DNA of 63,014 nt, counting the filler, from Squatina squatina (Eukaryota): the NCBI GenBank assembly GCA_031763465.1. It is 4 parts of 4 records of this genome, joined end to end, with 100 filler letters (N's around TTAATTAATTAA, not from the genome) between each part and the next. Parts side by side here need not be neighbours in the genome. Positions count along the whole stretch, not along the records: positions 1 to 17,128 come from JARFOE010000149.1; 3 more parts are not named here. One strand, given 5' to 3'. The notes beneath the pieces are model-generated. The model was not told the origin of the DNA. It worked only from the letters and a program-made list of their open reading frames with translations, and ran no database searches. Below, piece by piece: positions 1-11,600 of this stretch. Every line of letters starts with the position of its first letter. The first letter of the stretch is position 1. A program made the translations under genes and the position numbers.

Positions 1-109
1 GCACGGGGAGTGTCGGTCTAGATTTTTGCGCTCAAGTCTCTGGAGTGGGACTTGAACCTATAACCTTCTGACTTGGGAGGGGAGAGTGCTACCACTGAGC
101 CACGGCTGA
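1..109 (-). mobile_element. tRNA-derived SINE 5' head (DeuSINE/SacSINE1-like)
   Basis: Minus strand has Pol III A box TGGCTCAGTGGTAG and B box GGTTCAAGTCCC, then the SINE body also seen at 13420 and 14704. Confidence 0.8.
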
Positions 110-299
110 TATCGGGCTAAACCAGGCAAACTAGATCCACAAAAGAACACAATGCAATCAAAAACAGCCAATTCTAGAACACAGCATGAAAATACAGAAA
201 CCAAAAGAAAAACACTGAAATCTTGCAACAGGTTGTATATTAGACAAAGAAACCCCGTTGCCAGGATTCAATGTAACTGAATTAACACAAATCACATAC

Positions 300-375
300 T
301 CATCTCCAAACACTTGGTGACTGTATAATGGATTGAAGCTCGTGGTCTCATCCTCCAGGTCTTCAGCGAAGCGAA
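300..375 (-). CDS. HAT1: Histone acetyltransferase 1, internal exon (76 bp)
   Basis: AG|TTCGC...GATGA|GTATGT boundaries; encodes (V)RFAEDLEDETTSFNPLYSHQVFGD(E), matching HAT1 VRFPEDLE...YTHQLFGDDE; phase fits the upstream exon. Confidence 0.93.
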
Positions 376-728
376 CTGTTTTTATGAAAAAACACATGTT
401 TCGGAGAAAGAAATGGCTGACCGAAATTCACTACTACATCAATGATTACTTTAGCAGTTCAATATGTAGAGAAATCGTATTCCTCAGGACCCGTCACAAA
501 TGAATGTAACACCCCAACACTTTACACTGGCTCGTGCCACAGAACATCAAACTACTTACCAGTACCACAGCGACATTTTTACCCCATTTCTGTTACCAAT
601 TTGCCATGGATAGCACTGCTGAAGCCAGTAGCATTACCCCCTTGTCATTCGTCCCACCTCCCCCGTTGCCTGGAGCGTGCAAAGGGAGTAGTGTGCAAGT
701 CACAAGATCCCGTGCTTGAAGCACTTAC

Positions 729-800
729 CTAACTTTAACCGAATAGCCTTGTTGGTGTCACACTTGTATTCTGCTAACTTCTTCTCCAGGTTCAAAAGAT
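729..800 (-). CDS. HAT1: Histone acetyltransferase 1, exon 2 (72 bp)
   Basis: AG|ATCTT...TTAG|GTAAGT; encodes LLNLEKKLAEYKCDTNKAIRLKL, matching HAT1 EKKLAEYKCNTNTAIELKL; its phase-1 end joins the exon at 375. Confidence 0.93.
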
Positions 801-1539
801 CTTTGAAAAATAAATCAGATATAAAAAAAAAATTAGCAAGGAAANNNNNNNNNNNNNNNNNNNNNNNNNNNNNNNNNNNNNNNNNNNNNNNNNNNNNNNN
901 NNNNNNNNNNNNNNNNNNNNNNNNNNNNNNNNNNNNNNNNNNNNAAAGATCTTGTGCTAATTAGTTGGGAGACGTTTTGAGATGTACATGTAAGCAACTG
1001 GGTCAAGATATAGTTGAGTGACTCGAATTACTCAAACTAAGCAGCACCCTGACTGTCTCTGAGGCATTGTCTGCAGGTAAATATTTTTGTGTGCATGTGT
1101 TAAAGCAGCTCTCAATGATTCATTCTATCCCTATCTGGCAGTGAATTAATAAAATAATTGCATGGTTGAATGCTAGGTATGGAAGGAAGATGGCTTCCCC
1201 TAAAGAGACAGGCATGTCAGAACGCAAGCCATCTGAGATTGCACACACCAGGGGACAAGACTGAAGGAACAGAACCCATTGCTGGAGAGAACTGTGCAGA
1301 CAGCACAAGCCTTATTGAAGGCAAAATAAACTTTTATTTTGATTCTACCTGTTCAGATCTGAGGTACCCAGTCAAATTTAAAGACCCTAATTTAGATTCT
1401 GCTGGGAGCAGATCTTTGATGGCAGCACTGTTACAACACAGTAGCATTGAAACATTTTGGTAGAAAGAATGAGGAGAGGAAATATAAACTACAGGGTACA
1501 ATCCTAAAGTGGGTGCATGAACAGAGAGACCGAGGGGTA

Positions 1540-2209
1540 TCTGCACAAATCAGGAAGGTGGCAGGGCAGGTTGAGAAAGCAGTTAAAAAGGCTTATGGGC
1601 TCCCGGGCTTCATAAATAGAGGTAAAGTGTGGAAATTATGATGAACCTGTATAAAACACTGGCTCGGCCTCAAGTGGAGTATTGTGTCCAGTTCTGGGCA
1701 CTTTTGGAAGGATGTGAAGGCCTTAGAGAGAGTGCAGAAAAGATTAAAGAGGATGATTTCAGGGATGAGCGACTTCAGTTATGTGCATAGAAGCTCGAGT
1801 TGTTCAACTTAAAGCAGAGAACGTTGAGCGGAGTTTTGGTAGAGGTTTTCAAAATCATGAGGGGTCTAGTTAGGATAGATAGAAATTGTTCCCATTGGCA
1901 GATGGGTTGAGAACCAGAGGACACAGATTTAAGGTGATTGGCAAAAGAACCAAACGCAACATGAGGAAAAACGTTTTGCACAGCGAGTGGTTGGGATCTG
2001 GAATGCACTGCCTGAGAGGGTGATGGAGGCAGATTCCATCATGGCTTTCAAAAGGGAGTTGGATAAGTCCCTGAAGGAAAAAAAGAATTCAGGGTTACGG
2101 GGACAGGGCGGGGGAGTGGGACTAGCTGAAGTGCTCTTGCAGAGAGCCGGCACAGGCTCGACGGGCCGAATGGCCTCCTTCTGTGCTGTAACCATTCTAT
2201 GATTCTATG
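1540..2209 (+). mobile_element. CR1 LINE 3' fragment
   Basis: Decayed ORF2 C-terminus (KVAGQVEKAVKKAYG, EYCVQFW, IWNALPERVMEADSI) ending in the CR1 tail ATTCTATGATTCTATGA. Confidence 0.9.
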
Positions 2210-2267
2210 AGTAAATCTGGACAGTAGCTTAGCCTGTACAAACTAGTGGAACACGTGCGTGATGGGT

Positions 2268-2442
2268 CAATTCAAATCAAGACTGAGATCGATAGATTTC
2301 TGTTGGGTGAGGGCATCATGAGATATGGAGCAAAGGAGAGTAAATGGAATTGAGGTGCAGATCGGCCAGGAGCTCATTGAATGGCAGAGCAGGCCTGAGG
2401 GGTGGAGTGGCCTCCTCCTCTTCCTATAGCTAACTATGATTC
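2268..2442 (+). mobile_element. CR1 LINE 3' fragment
   Basis: FKTEIDRFL-type end of ORF2 plus 3' UTR similar to 14015-14260. Confidence 0.65.
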
Positions 2443-2629
2443 TCACCTTCTGAATTGTGCGTGTTCTTTATTAAGCAATTTAAGCAACTTACCACAATCA
2501 GAGCTATTTATTGGACCTGGATAACACTTACTCAATATAACAGTGTAAGAAAAATAAGCAGGTAGCAGCTCGCAGATAAGATAGTCTCACCGAAACTGTT
2601 AAACTGTTTATATGACAAAAAAAGTGTTA

Positions 2630-2850
2630 GAAAAAGTGTTGGTTGAATGTGGAACTCGTTACCACAAGGAGTAATTGAGGAAAATAGCATAGTTATATTT
2701 AAGGGAGAGCTACATAAACACACAAGGAAGAAAAGAAGGATATGCTGATAGGGTGAGATGAAGAGGGGTAGGAGGAGACTTGTGTGGAGCATAAACACTG
2801 GGATGGACCAGTTGGGAGGAATGGTTTGTTTCTGTGCTGTACATTCTATT
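2630..2850 (+). mobile_element. CR1 LINE 3' fragment
   Basis: MWNSLPQGV-like end and 3' UTR (GAGCATAAACAC...TTCTGTGCTGTA) shared with 8055-8300 and 60200-60400. Confidence 0.7.
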
Positions 2851-3470
2851 TAGTAATGTTTTAACACTTTTAAATTCTAGGTTCATCTGACGTACGTGTA
2901 CCCCAATGATTATACAAGGCTAACACACATGGAGTCAGAAAACAAATGCTTTTATTATGAGAATGCCTATTACTTGGAGAGGTGAGGCCATACAACACTA
3001 TGTATTAGGGAGATAGCTCAATAAATTAAGAATTAAATGTAATGAAAATATAGGTGGGAATTGATGTGATAAAAATTAATTTAGGGATTTGGGTATTGCC
3101 GTTATGTCAGTAGATGAGGACGCACATTCTGATTTATCTGTTTTCTCATCCTCCTCTCCCCAGAAGCTGCCTTCAGGCCTTAGGATTAATTTTCAGGATC
3201 CTTTGGGTTTCTACCTTCTGGGTTTGGGAGAAATTTCAATCTTTCTTGGCAGTTTCCCCAGTTGGATTTCACCTTTTGGAGTTTGAGTGGGTTGAGTGGA
3301 ATCCATAACAGGCCAAATTGTAGATGATCTGAGGAGGGAATGAGACTCGAAGGACAGTAATTTATGTTGTNNNNNNNNNNNNNNNNNNNNNNNNNNNNNN
3401 NNNNNNNNNNNNNNNNNNNNNNNNNNNNNNNNNNNNNNNNNNNNNNNNNNNNNNNNNNNNNNNNNNNNNN

Positions 3471-3800
3471 GGGCGGCGCTCGGCTGGCGGAAACGGAGGC
3501 GCGCCTGCGCGGCGGGGAGCGGTGCCACGCTGGCCTGCCCCACCTGCGGCTGGGAGGCCGGGTCCCGGCAGGCACTGGCGCAGCACATCTCCCGGCACGG
3601 CCTGACCAAACGCTTCAAGTGCCCCCAGTGCCGCTTCGCCTGCTACAAGAAGGAGAGGTTACGCAGGCACATGCTGACCCACGGAGCCAAGCGGCAGGAA
3701 CACGCCGAGGGAAGAGGAGGAGCACCGGAGATTCACCGCGACACGCCAGTTCTCGTCGCCGAGGCCCCCCGAGACGTCAACGACCCGTTGACACCAGGCG
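3471..3800 (+). CDS. C2H2 zinc-finger protein exon (5' end in gap)
   Basis: Frame from 3473 reads ...CPTCGWEAGSRQALAQHISRH-GLTKRFKCPQCRFACYKKERLRRHMLTH..., two canonical C2H2 fingers; very GC-rich; candidate donor G|GTAGGT at 3800/3801. Confidence 0.8.
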
Positions 3801-3834
3801 GTAGGTGCCAAAAGCTCCGGGTCCCGCGCAAAGT

Positions 3835-4110
3835 TAACAGCGCCCGTTCTCGTTGTAAAGAACTCCCCGGGACGTCCCAAAGCACCTCGCAACCAATGAC
3901 GTGCAGTCACTCCTGTAATGTCGGAAACGTGGCAACCAATTCGCACAAAGCAGGATCCCACAAACTCCAACGACCAGATGATCTGTTTGTGATTTTGGTT
4001 GACTGGTAGCTATTGGCCCCAGGACATTCTTCCTGCTCTTTTGTACGGATCTCCGACAGCGCAGCGCGGCGCTCCCTCGGTGCCACCCCCTCCGACAGCG
4101 CGGTGCAGGG
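3835..4110 (-). mobile_element. DeuSINE-like SINE
   Basis: Reverse complement of the Deu-domain body (TGTGGGATCCTGCT...AATTGGTTGCCACGTTTCC) seen in many other copies in the window. Confidence 0.75.
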
Positions 4111-4564
4111 TGCTGAGGTGGGGAGGGGATGGGTGGACAGCTTGAAGGAGCTGGCGGGGGAAGGAGAATGTCTGTTGAAAAAGGAGTGGTTGACTGTGTT
4201 GGCTCAAACACGGTGCGAGGGAATCCGTGATTGGATCGATGGGTCAAATGGCCATTCCATTATCCTCACCCCGTGTTCAGCGTTGACATTGGCCGATCTG
4301 GGGGGAGCCCCCGCGAGGGGTCGTAAGGTTGCCAGGTCGGGCCGGGAGCTGCTTCCTCCTCCCCACCCGGACCACCCATTCTAACTTCAGCCCAATCTCA
4401 AGAGCTGCTGTCCTGCTGAAGTGCGTGATCTAATTTTGTCTTTTCCTCCCTCTCATTCCCTCTTNNNNNNNNNNNNNNNNNNNNNNNNNNNNNNNNNNNN
4501 NNNNNNNNNNNNNNNNNNNNNNNNNNNNNNNNNNNNNNNNNNNNNNNNNNNNNNNNNNNNNNNN

Positions 4565-5500
4565 TGATGCAGCAAATGGGAATGGGGTTTTTGACCCCTG
4601 TGGAAAGGGAAAGAAATGAAGATATTAGACCAGTGGGATTGGTTTTGTCTTTGTTAAGGAAAAATGGAAATGAAATGAAACAAATCCTTGGAAGGTGTAT
4701 CGGGTAGAATCAGTTCCAATGGTGGAGACTCTGAGTTAGGTCTGATCCATAAACAGTGTGAGGAATATCCAAGATATCTGATTAAGAAGGGAGGAACTTG
4801 GATATCACCAGATATGCAGTGTTTACTCTGAAAGGGACAACTTGGGTTTGTAGATGTGACGTCGTCCATCAACATGCTGTTCCAGTTTGTGGGTTCACAC
4901 TCAACAAAGAATCACCAGAATTCCAGATTGGAATAAGTAAATGGAGCGAAGAACCAACTAATACCATGTATAAAGGAAAAGGACAGTATTGTATGACTAC
5001 TACTGCCACTTGTATGACTGTGGGTTCAACCCGATGTCCCACACCAGAACATTACTTTTGTTTGATTCCAACGAGAAACTGGTGTATCGGTGTTAAAACG
5101 TTGGTACTGGTCCATCATCATAACACCAATTATCTGCAGATAAGACTGACTCTGGAGGATGAAGCCATTCCACATATGGGACACTAGATACCTCCTCTGT
5201 CTCTAGCTTTAAAGGTCATCATTGAGCGAATTAGGACAACCCAGAAACACATATTGCAAATGATAGACAAATAGAGAGACAGAACAGGCAATCCTGAGAC
5301 TTGGGAATCAGGGAATCATGAATGGTGGGAGGTAGTATCTAGTGTGGATCTGCATTCTTTTTCCAGATGGGTTTGGTGGTAGCACAGACAATAGATTCAG
5401 GATTCTGGTCATTGTGTCATTCTGTGTAAGAAAGTCGATAAGAGACATAGAAAATATAAGGAAATGGAAGGAGATCATAGGCGCACTAAAAGGAAGCTAA
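4565..5500 (+). pseudogene. Decayed env-like gene of an LTR retroelement/endogenous retrovirus, paramyxovirus-F-like
   Basis: Frame-corrected peptide PVGLVLSL...PWKVYRVESVPMV...EEYPRYLIKKGGTWISPDM-C-TLKGTTWVCRCD...CGF...GKGQYC, then heptad-like LSLALKVIIERIRTTQKHILQMIDK, a WWE motif and a hydrophobic remnant; several frameshifts and stops; followed by PPT and LTR. Confidence 0.65.
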
Positions 5501-5552
5501 GATTATTGAAGACAAGGATACAAAACACTTTGCCAAGAGGTAACATAACCAT

Positions 5553-5571
5553 AAAAGAACAAAAAGAGGGA
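5553..5571 (+). other. Polypurine tract (plus-strand primer) of LTR element
   Basis: AAAAGAACAAAAAGAGGGA lies 2 nt before TGTTGG, downstream of the env-like remnant. Confidence 0.65.
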
Positions 5572-5573
5572 CA

Positions 5574-6076
5574 TGTTGGAATATGGACTCCGGTTAATTC
5601 AGCTTCTGAAAGGGACTAATGTTTAATTCATTCAACAGAGGGAAAATGTGGTTCATTTCATTAGAGACAGATTTCACTTAGCAACAGTTGGTGTTTTGCA
5701 ACACACCCGCCATCAATATTCATAACAGAATGTTTGGATTAGGAATATTATGTTAGGATAAGGAAAGCCCAGACCTCACTGAATCCAGGCCACTGTTGGT
5801 TATATGTGTGAACAGGACACAACTTCAACACTTGCAGGTGACACAAAACTTGGAAGTTTGGTGATCAGTGAGGAGGAGAGTGATAATACTTTATTAAGAA
5901 GTATAAGATGAGCAGATTCTCTGTCCTCGACCATCCCTTATATTGATCGATCAATCAGAGTAAATATGCATGTCCCGCGTGTCCACAGTAACTGACACGA
6001 GGTCAGCCCACTGGATGGAACCTCGGGTAACCTGAACTTGATCTGCGGTGTCTCCAGTCCCGACTGCCCCCTTACA
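5574..6076 (+). mobile_element. Putative 3' LTR
   Basis: Starts with TG right after the PPT; TATA-like GTATAAGA (~5901), AGTAAA (~5959), candidate CA end at 6076. Contains a short CR1 RT scrap (~5805-5887, GDTKLG). Right end uncertain. Confidence 0.5.
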
Positions 6077-6791
6077 TCAGTCTCCCCTCACTTTTATACC
6101 CTGTGGTGGATCCATCTCTGGCACCGGACTCTTTGTCTTCCCTGCTGGGTTTTGGCAGGAAGCTGGGAAAAGACAGCTGGAACTTCTCCAATCTGTGATT
6201 TACAAGGACACTTTCCCTGGTTCCCAGCAGTTACTTTTCTTCAGTAATTTTCTCATTATCCCTAAACTATCCCGCCTGCTCTTAATAATGTTACTTCTTA
6301 TAGTTTCACAATTATAGGTATAAACATCACACATTGTAATCTGATCTATTCTATTACTCACTCTGGTTTAAGTTTATATTGTGGTTAATAACAGACAAAC
6401 CCTGTTCTTTCCCCTGACCTGATTACAGATTCCAACCAGTGGGTTCAGTGAATGGAATGAATTATCAGTGTTGCCGTGGCGACCTGTCTGCAGTGAAGCT
6501 CCTGTTTGAGTTTCTAACTCAGACTAAACTTCTCTTTCCCATAATGCACATTATATCAGCCAGTTTAAGTCAATGTCTGGTAACCATGTTATGTTAATAT
6601 CTATGAAACTAATAAGGGATTCAGATACACAAAAGTGGGAGGACAAGTTGGTAAAGTGGTTCAAAATCCCATGGGATCCGAGCTTTTATAAATAGGGGTG
6701 TAGAGTGGAAAAGGGCAGAGGTCATGTAAACCTGTAGAAATCATTGGTTAGGCTGCAGATCAAAGATTGCCATGTTTTGGGGATCTGCCTT

Positions 6792-7068
6792 AAACACTCT
6801 CCAGTCAGGTACAGCACGGATTAGATACAGAGTAAAACTCCCTCTACACTATCCCTCCCAACATACTCAGGGCAGGTACAGCAGAGATTAGATACAGAGT
6901 AAAGCTCCCTCCACACTGTCCCATCGAACATTCTCAGGGCAGGTACAGCACAGATTAGATACAGAGTAAAGCTCCCACTACACTGTCCATTCAAACGCTC
7001 CCAGGGCAGGTACAGCCCATGTTAGATACAGAGTAACGATCCCTTGACATTATTCCATCAAACACTCA
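6792..7068. repeat. 67-bp minisatellite, ~4 copies
   Basis: TTAGATACAGAGTAA recurs at 6821, 6888, 6955 and 7022 (exact 67-bp period), and the whole unit is similar between copies. Confidence 0.95.
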
Positions 7069-8054
7069 CAGCGAAGTGTCGAGGGAGCTATATTCTGTAT
7101 GTAAATTGTACTGTCCCTGTCCTGCGAGTCCCAGAGGCTGACAAGAGGTACTCCAGCTGCTAAAGAGGTTGAAGATCAGTCGTGATCCTATTGAGTGGTG
7201 AAGCAGCCTCGAGGGGCCGTATGGCCTACACCTGCTCGTAATTCTCATTTTCTTATAAAATGTCCTGCTCCTCAGCACTGACATCATCACCTCAATGAGC
7301 ACAAAGACTCACCTAAAGGAGGGAACACAAACCCATCAGCTTCTCCCCTGGACACAGATACTGAGGGACAGGGAGTGTCTGGGACAATGACAATTCTCAC
7401 TCAATAAGGTATAAATTGATCCTGTACCTCTCCCCATTGATCCTGGGCTCCACACAGGTCGAATCTGGCTCCTGTTTCCCTTCCTGGAACAGCACTGAGC
7501 TAAACCCAGCCCATAATGAATAGGGATGAGGGAGGTTGGCGCTGAAAAGCAGTCGATTGGGTCCAGAGTCAAATTGACGAGGGCGAGTACAAATTGGACA
7601 AAGGGGAGCCTGCGCGCTGGGCTCCTGTAGTCTGGGTGGGACACATTCTCCCCCGCGGGGAATGCTGGGTAAATGCCCCGCCATTGAAAGGCCTCATTCG
7701 TGAAGAGGACAGGATTTACTGGGATTGCATTGAGCACTGAACCATGTTCATTCTGGCAGTTAGAGTTTGTTTCTGCTCATCTTAATAACCTCTATACCTG
7801 GGCTGGGGATTAAGATTGTGTATCAATATTTAAAAGAAATATTTCTTCTTCTTTAAATATTGAATAAATCATCTTTGTTTCAAACATAGTGTGTCGAATA
7901 TTTGATTTCTACATAAGAGAAGGTGACTGTTCCTGGCCTTTTCTTATTCTAGATTATTTCAGCTCTCACCTAGATTGCCTTCGACCATATCAAACGACAA
8001 GCTTCTTCCATTTCTGTACGTAGCGTGTGGGTGTCATAGCCTGAACTCACTTTA

Positions 8055-10290
8055 CATAGAATGTACGACACAGAAACAGCCCATTCAGTCCAAACAGTCC
8101 ATGCCAGCACTTATGCTCCACTCCAGCGTGCCGCACCCCCACCTTCCCCCATCCCCCGTCTTTCCTCATCTAAATCTATCAACATCTAAATCTATTCCTT
8201 TTCTCCCTCAGAGGCTTGTTTAGCTTCCCATTAAATGCATCAAAACTGTTTGCTTCAACCACTCCCTGTGGGAGCGAGTTCCACATTCTCACTACTCTTA
8301 GGATAAAGAAGGTTCTTCTGAATTCCCTATTGTATTTCTTGGTGACTATCTTATATTGATGGCTTCCAGTATGCACTTCCCCACAAGTGGAAACATTCTC
8401 TCTTTATCTACACCATCAAACCTTTCCTAATTTTAAAGACCTCTATTAGGTCACACCTCAGCCTTTTTTCAAGAGAAAAGAGACTCAGCCTGTTCAACTT
8501 TCCTGATGTGTATACCATCGCATTTCTAGTATCATCCTTGAAATTCTTCTCTGCACCCTCTCTGGTACCTCTATCATTTTTATATGGCAACCAGAACTGT
8601 ACACAGTATTCCAAATGTGGGCGAACCAAGATTCGACACAGATTTAGCATATCTTTCCTATTTTTCAATTATATACCTCTAGAAATAAACCCGTGTGCTT
8701 AGATTGCATTTTTTTGGCATTGCTAACTTATGTTGCAACTTTTAGTGATTTGTGTATTTGTACTCCGAGATCCCTTTGTTCCTCTACCCCACCTAGACTT
8801 ACTCCCTCCAAGTAATAAATGACCTTCCTATTCTTCCTTCCAAAATGTAATACCTCACATTTATCTGTGTTGAACTTCATTTGCCAATTACATGCCCATT
8901 CTGCAATTTTTAAAATATCATCCTGTAATTTGTTGAAATCCTCCTCAATATTAACTATTGCCCCCAATTTGGTGTCATCCTCAAATTAGAAGTTGAGCTT
9001 TGGATTCCAAAGTCTAAATCATTCATATAAATTGTGAACAACAATGGTCCCACCACTGTGGAACAACACTACCCACTTTCTGCCACTGTGAAAAGCTACC
9101 TTTTACCCCTATTTTCTGCTTTCTGTCTTGTAGCCAGCTCACTATCCGTTCTACTATTTGTCCCGTAACTCCGCATTCTCTGATTTTGTTCATCAGTCTA
9201 TTATGGGGAAACTTGTCGAAGGCCCTTTGAAAATCTAGATTAATTACATCATCTGCATTACCCTTGTCTACTCTCTCTGTTACCTTTTTGAAAAATTCAA
9301 TGAGGTTGGTCAAGCAAAGTTTTCCCTTTTGAAATCCATGCTGATTATATTTATGGTTGGTAGATTTTCTTCTATTTTCTCCTTTCAGAAGGGATTTAAT
9401 TATTTTTCTACCACGGATGTTAAACTGACTGGTCTATAATTCACTGGACATGTTCTATCCCCCTTCTTAAATATAGGAATTGCATTCGCTATCCACCAGT
9501 CCTCTGGCACTACACCTTTTTCTAACTAATTATTAAATACGTGTAGTGATGCCTCTGCTATCGCTTTGCTGGATTATTTTAAAATGCGTGGATGAAATCC
9601 CGGGGGTTTTATCCTATTTGAGTTTGATACGTTTATTTGACATATCCCCACTTTTTATTTTAAATGTACTTACCTCGTTACTATTCTCATCTTTCAATGT
9701 CATGTCCACCAGTTCTATTTTCCTGGTAAATACTGAAGCAAATAATTATTTAATCTTCCTGCCATCTCTCTATTGTTACCTGTGCTATTATCCTGTCTAT
9801 CTCTTAATGGCCCTTTTCCAATCCCAGCCTTCATTTTTAACTGATGTGCCTGTAAAATATTTTAGTATTTTGTTTTATGTGCCTGACAATTTAATTTCAA
9901 AGTTCCACTTTGCCTTCCTAAATTTGTTTGACCTCTCTCCTAATCTTTTTTTATTCTCCCTTATCATGCACTCCCCTGCTATATATGTACTTAATGTAAG
10001 CCTCTTTCCTCACCCCCAATGGTTCCCTTATGGCTTCCTTCATCCATGGAGTCCTTTTAGTGTTTAGTTTGTTCTTTCCTTTTAGCAGAATATATTGTTC
10101 CTGCACTCTGTTGAACACCGTTTTAAATGTTTCCCATTGCTGTTCTACATTGTTTTTTGCTGATATTGTTGCCGATTTGATTTTCCCAAGTTCTAATCTC
10201 AGCCCCTTAAAATCAGCTTTTCTCCAATCTGCTCCCTGGTTTTCGTCATACTTATGTCCTTCTCAATTATCATCTTAAAGTGAATTATAT
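8055..10290 (-). mobile_element. CR1 LINE, long ORF2 (reverse transcriptase) remnant
   Basis: Minus-strand ORF pieces TNLIEFF..VT..VDKG..DVINLDFQRAFDKFPHNRL, WQMKFNTDKCEVLHFG, RPHLEYCVQFW, MWNSLPQGVVEA; many frameshifts. Confidence 0.95.
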
Positions 10291-10882
10291 TATGATCATC
10301 TATAGGTATTGATCATTTTTGTAATATTTTTAACATGGACAAATCTGATACGTGCTTTTATGTGCTCCCAAACAAAAGCATTTTTTTTAAGTTGTACCGC
10401 AAAAGGAGCACCTATAGGTGCATTCTTGAATGCTACCACATGTGAGAAGGAAAACCTGCCATTATTGGTAAATAGAAAAATCCTTGCATGCTTCAAATAA
10501 CTCGAGAGAGAAACTCTTGATGAATACTATACAAACAAAAAGGTGCAAAATATTGGATACACATGCATGGATCTTCGAGAAATTTAAATTACAAATGAAG
10601 CAGATAGAAATATAATATTCTTCTCTTCATTAATAACATTGGCTGCCGCCCTGCAACAGACATTTCAAAATTTCACATGTTGGGCTGAAGCTTCATAAAA
10701 TGTGTTAAGGCTGTCTGCAGAAAGTTCCTGTTGTGAGTCATTCCAACAGCAACACCAGTGTTTTGCATGTACTGAATTATGTTACAGTCTCTGTTGCCCA
10801 TCATTGGATTAAGCAAGCATGGGATCAAGTCAAAACAGGTGCCATCATCAAGTGCTTCTGGTGCTCAAGATAATATTGAGGG

Positions 10883-11182
10883 TGACAGTGCCCTGAGATA
10901 GCACATGACAATCACAAGCAGTCTGAATTGGTACATGAAGCTGTCAAAGGACTATCAATCAATAAGCCTCTGTCAGCAGCCTCATGTATGGTACTTGCCT
11001 CTGATAAACTGACAATGGAAATGGACGACTTACAATCGAAAGACTGGGAAAATGACCTTGTGGGTAACTGTCACAAGCAGTAAATGTCAGATCATGCTGA
11101 CAGCGAATCAGAAGGGGTACTTGAAATTACTATCAGGACACATATAGCTGTTCCCTTTGCAGCCTGTGACCACATGATTGAT
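10883..11182. promoter_or_regulatory. Candidate enhancer: cluster of MEIS/TGIF (TGACAG) and PBX (TGATTGAT) motifs
   Basis: Eight TGACA/TGTCA in 10883-11103, plus ATCAATCA (10954) and TGATTGAT (11175), in non-repeat DNA. Confidence 0.4.
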
Positions 11183-11309
11183 CATTGAAAGAATTCATCT
11201 TGGACAGGGGTGAAACTATAATATTGCAAACTGTTGGAAACTTTCAACTCAACTTTGCTAGCAAACAAATGGATTGGCACCAGCTTGAGGCCATGAACAG
11301 AAGATCATC

Positions 11310-11600
11310 GAACCATTACAGTTTACAGCACAGAAGGAAGCCATTTGGCCCACCCTGTCTGTACTGGGTCTTTGCTAGAGTAATCCAAAGCTAATCCCAC
11401 TGCCCTGGTGTCTTCCCATGGCCTTATATCTTCCTCTGCTTCAAATATTTATTCAATTTTTCTCTGCCTCAAACATTTCATGCTCCAACAATCATCGACA
11501 TGAAAAAATGTTTCCTAACCTAACTTCTCACTCTCTTAGTGACAGTTTTAAATTGACCCCCTTGTCACTGACTTCCTGAACCGAGGAAGTGGTTCTCACC
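11310..11600 (-). mobile_element. Old CR1 3' fragment
   Basis: CACAGAAGGAAGCCATTTGGCCC 3' UTR signature and a degraded ORF2 end. Confidence 0.55.

Noticed and set aside
1-109. tRNA gene
   Set aside because: A and B boxes run into a SINE body that recurs across the window; no complete cloverleaf evident.
6792-7068. CRISPR-like array (conserved core at a regular period)
   Set aside because: The intervening segments are homologous to each other, there are no cas genes and the context is vertebrate; it is a minisatellite.
9546-10067. 173-aa hydrophobic ORF (membrane protein)
   Set aside because: Antisense of CR1 ORF2.
10408-10421. 14-bp perfect palindrome GCACCTATAGGTGC
   Set aside because: Isolated; a palindrome this long is expected by chance in 63 kb.
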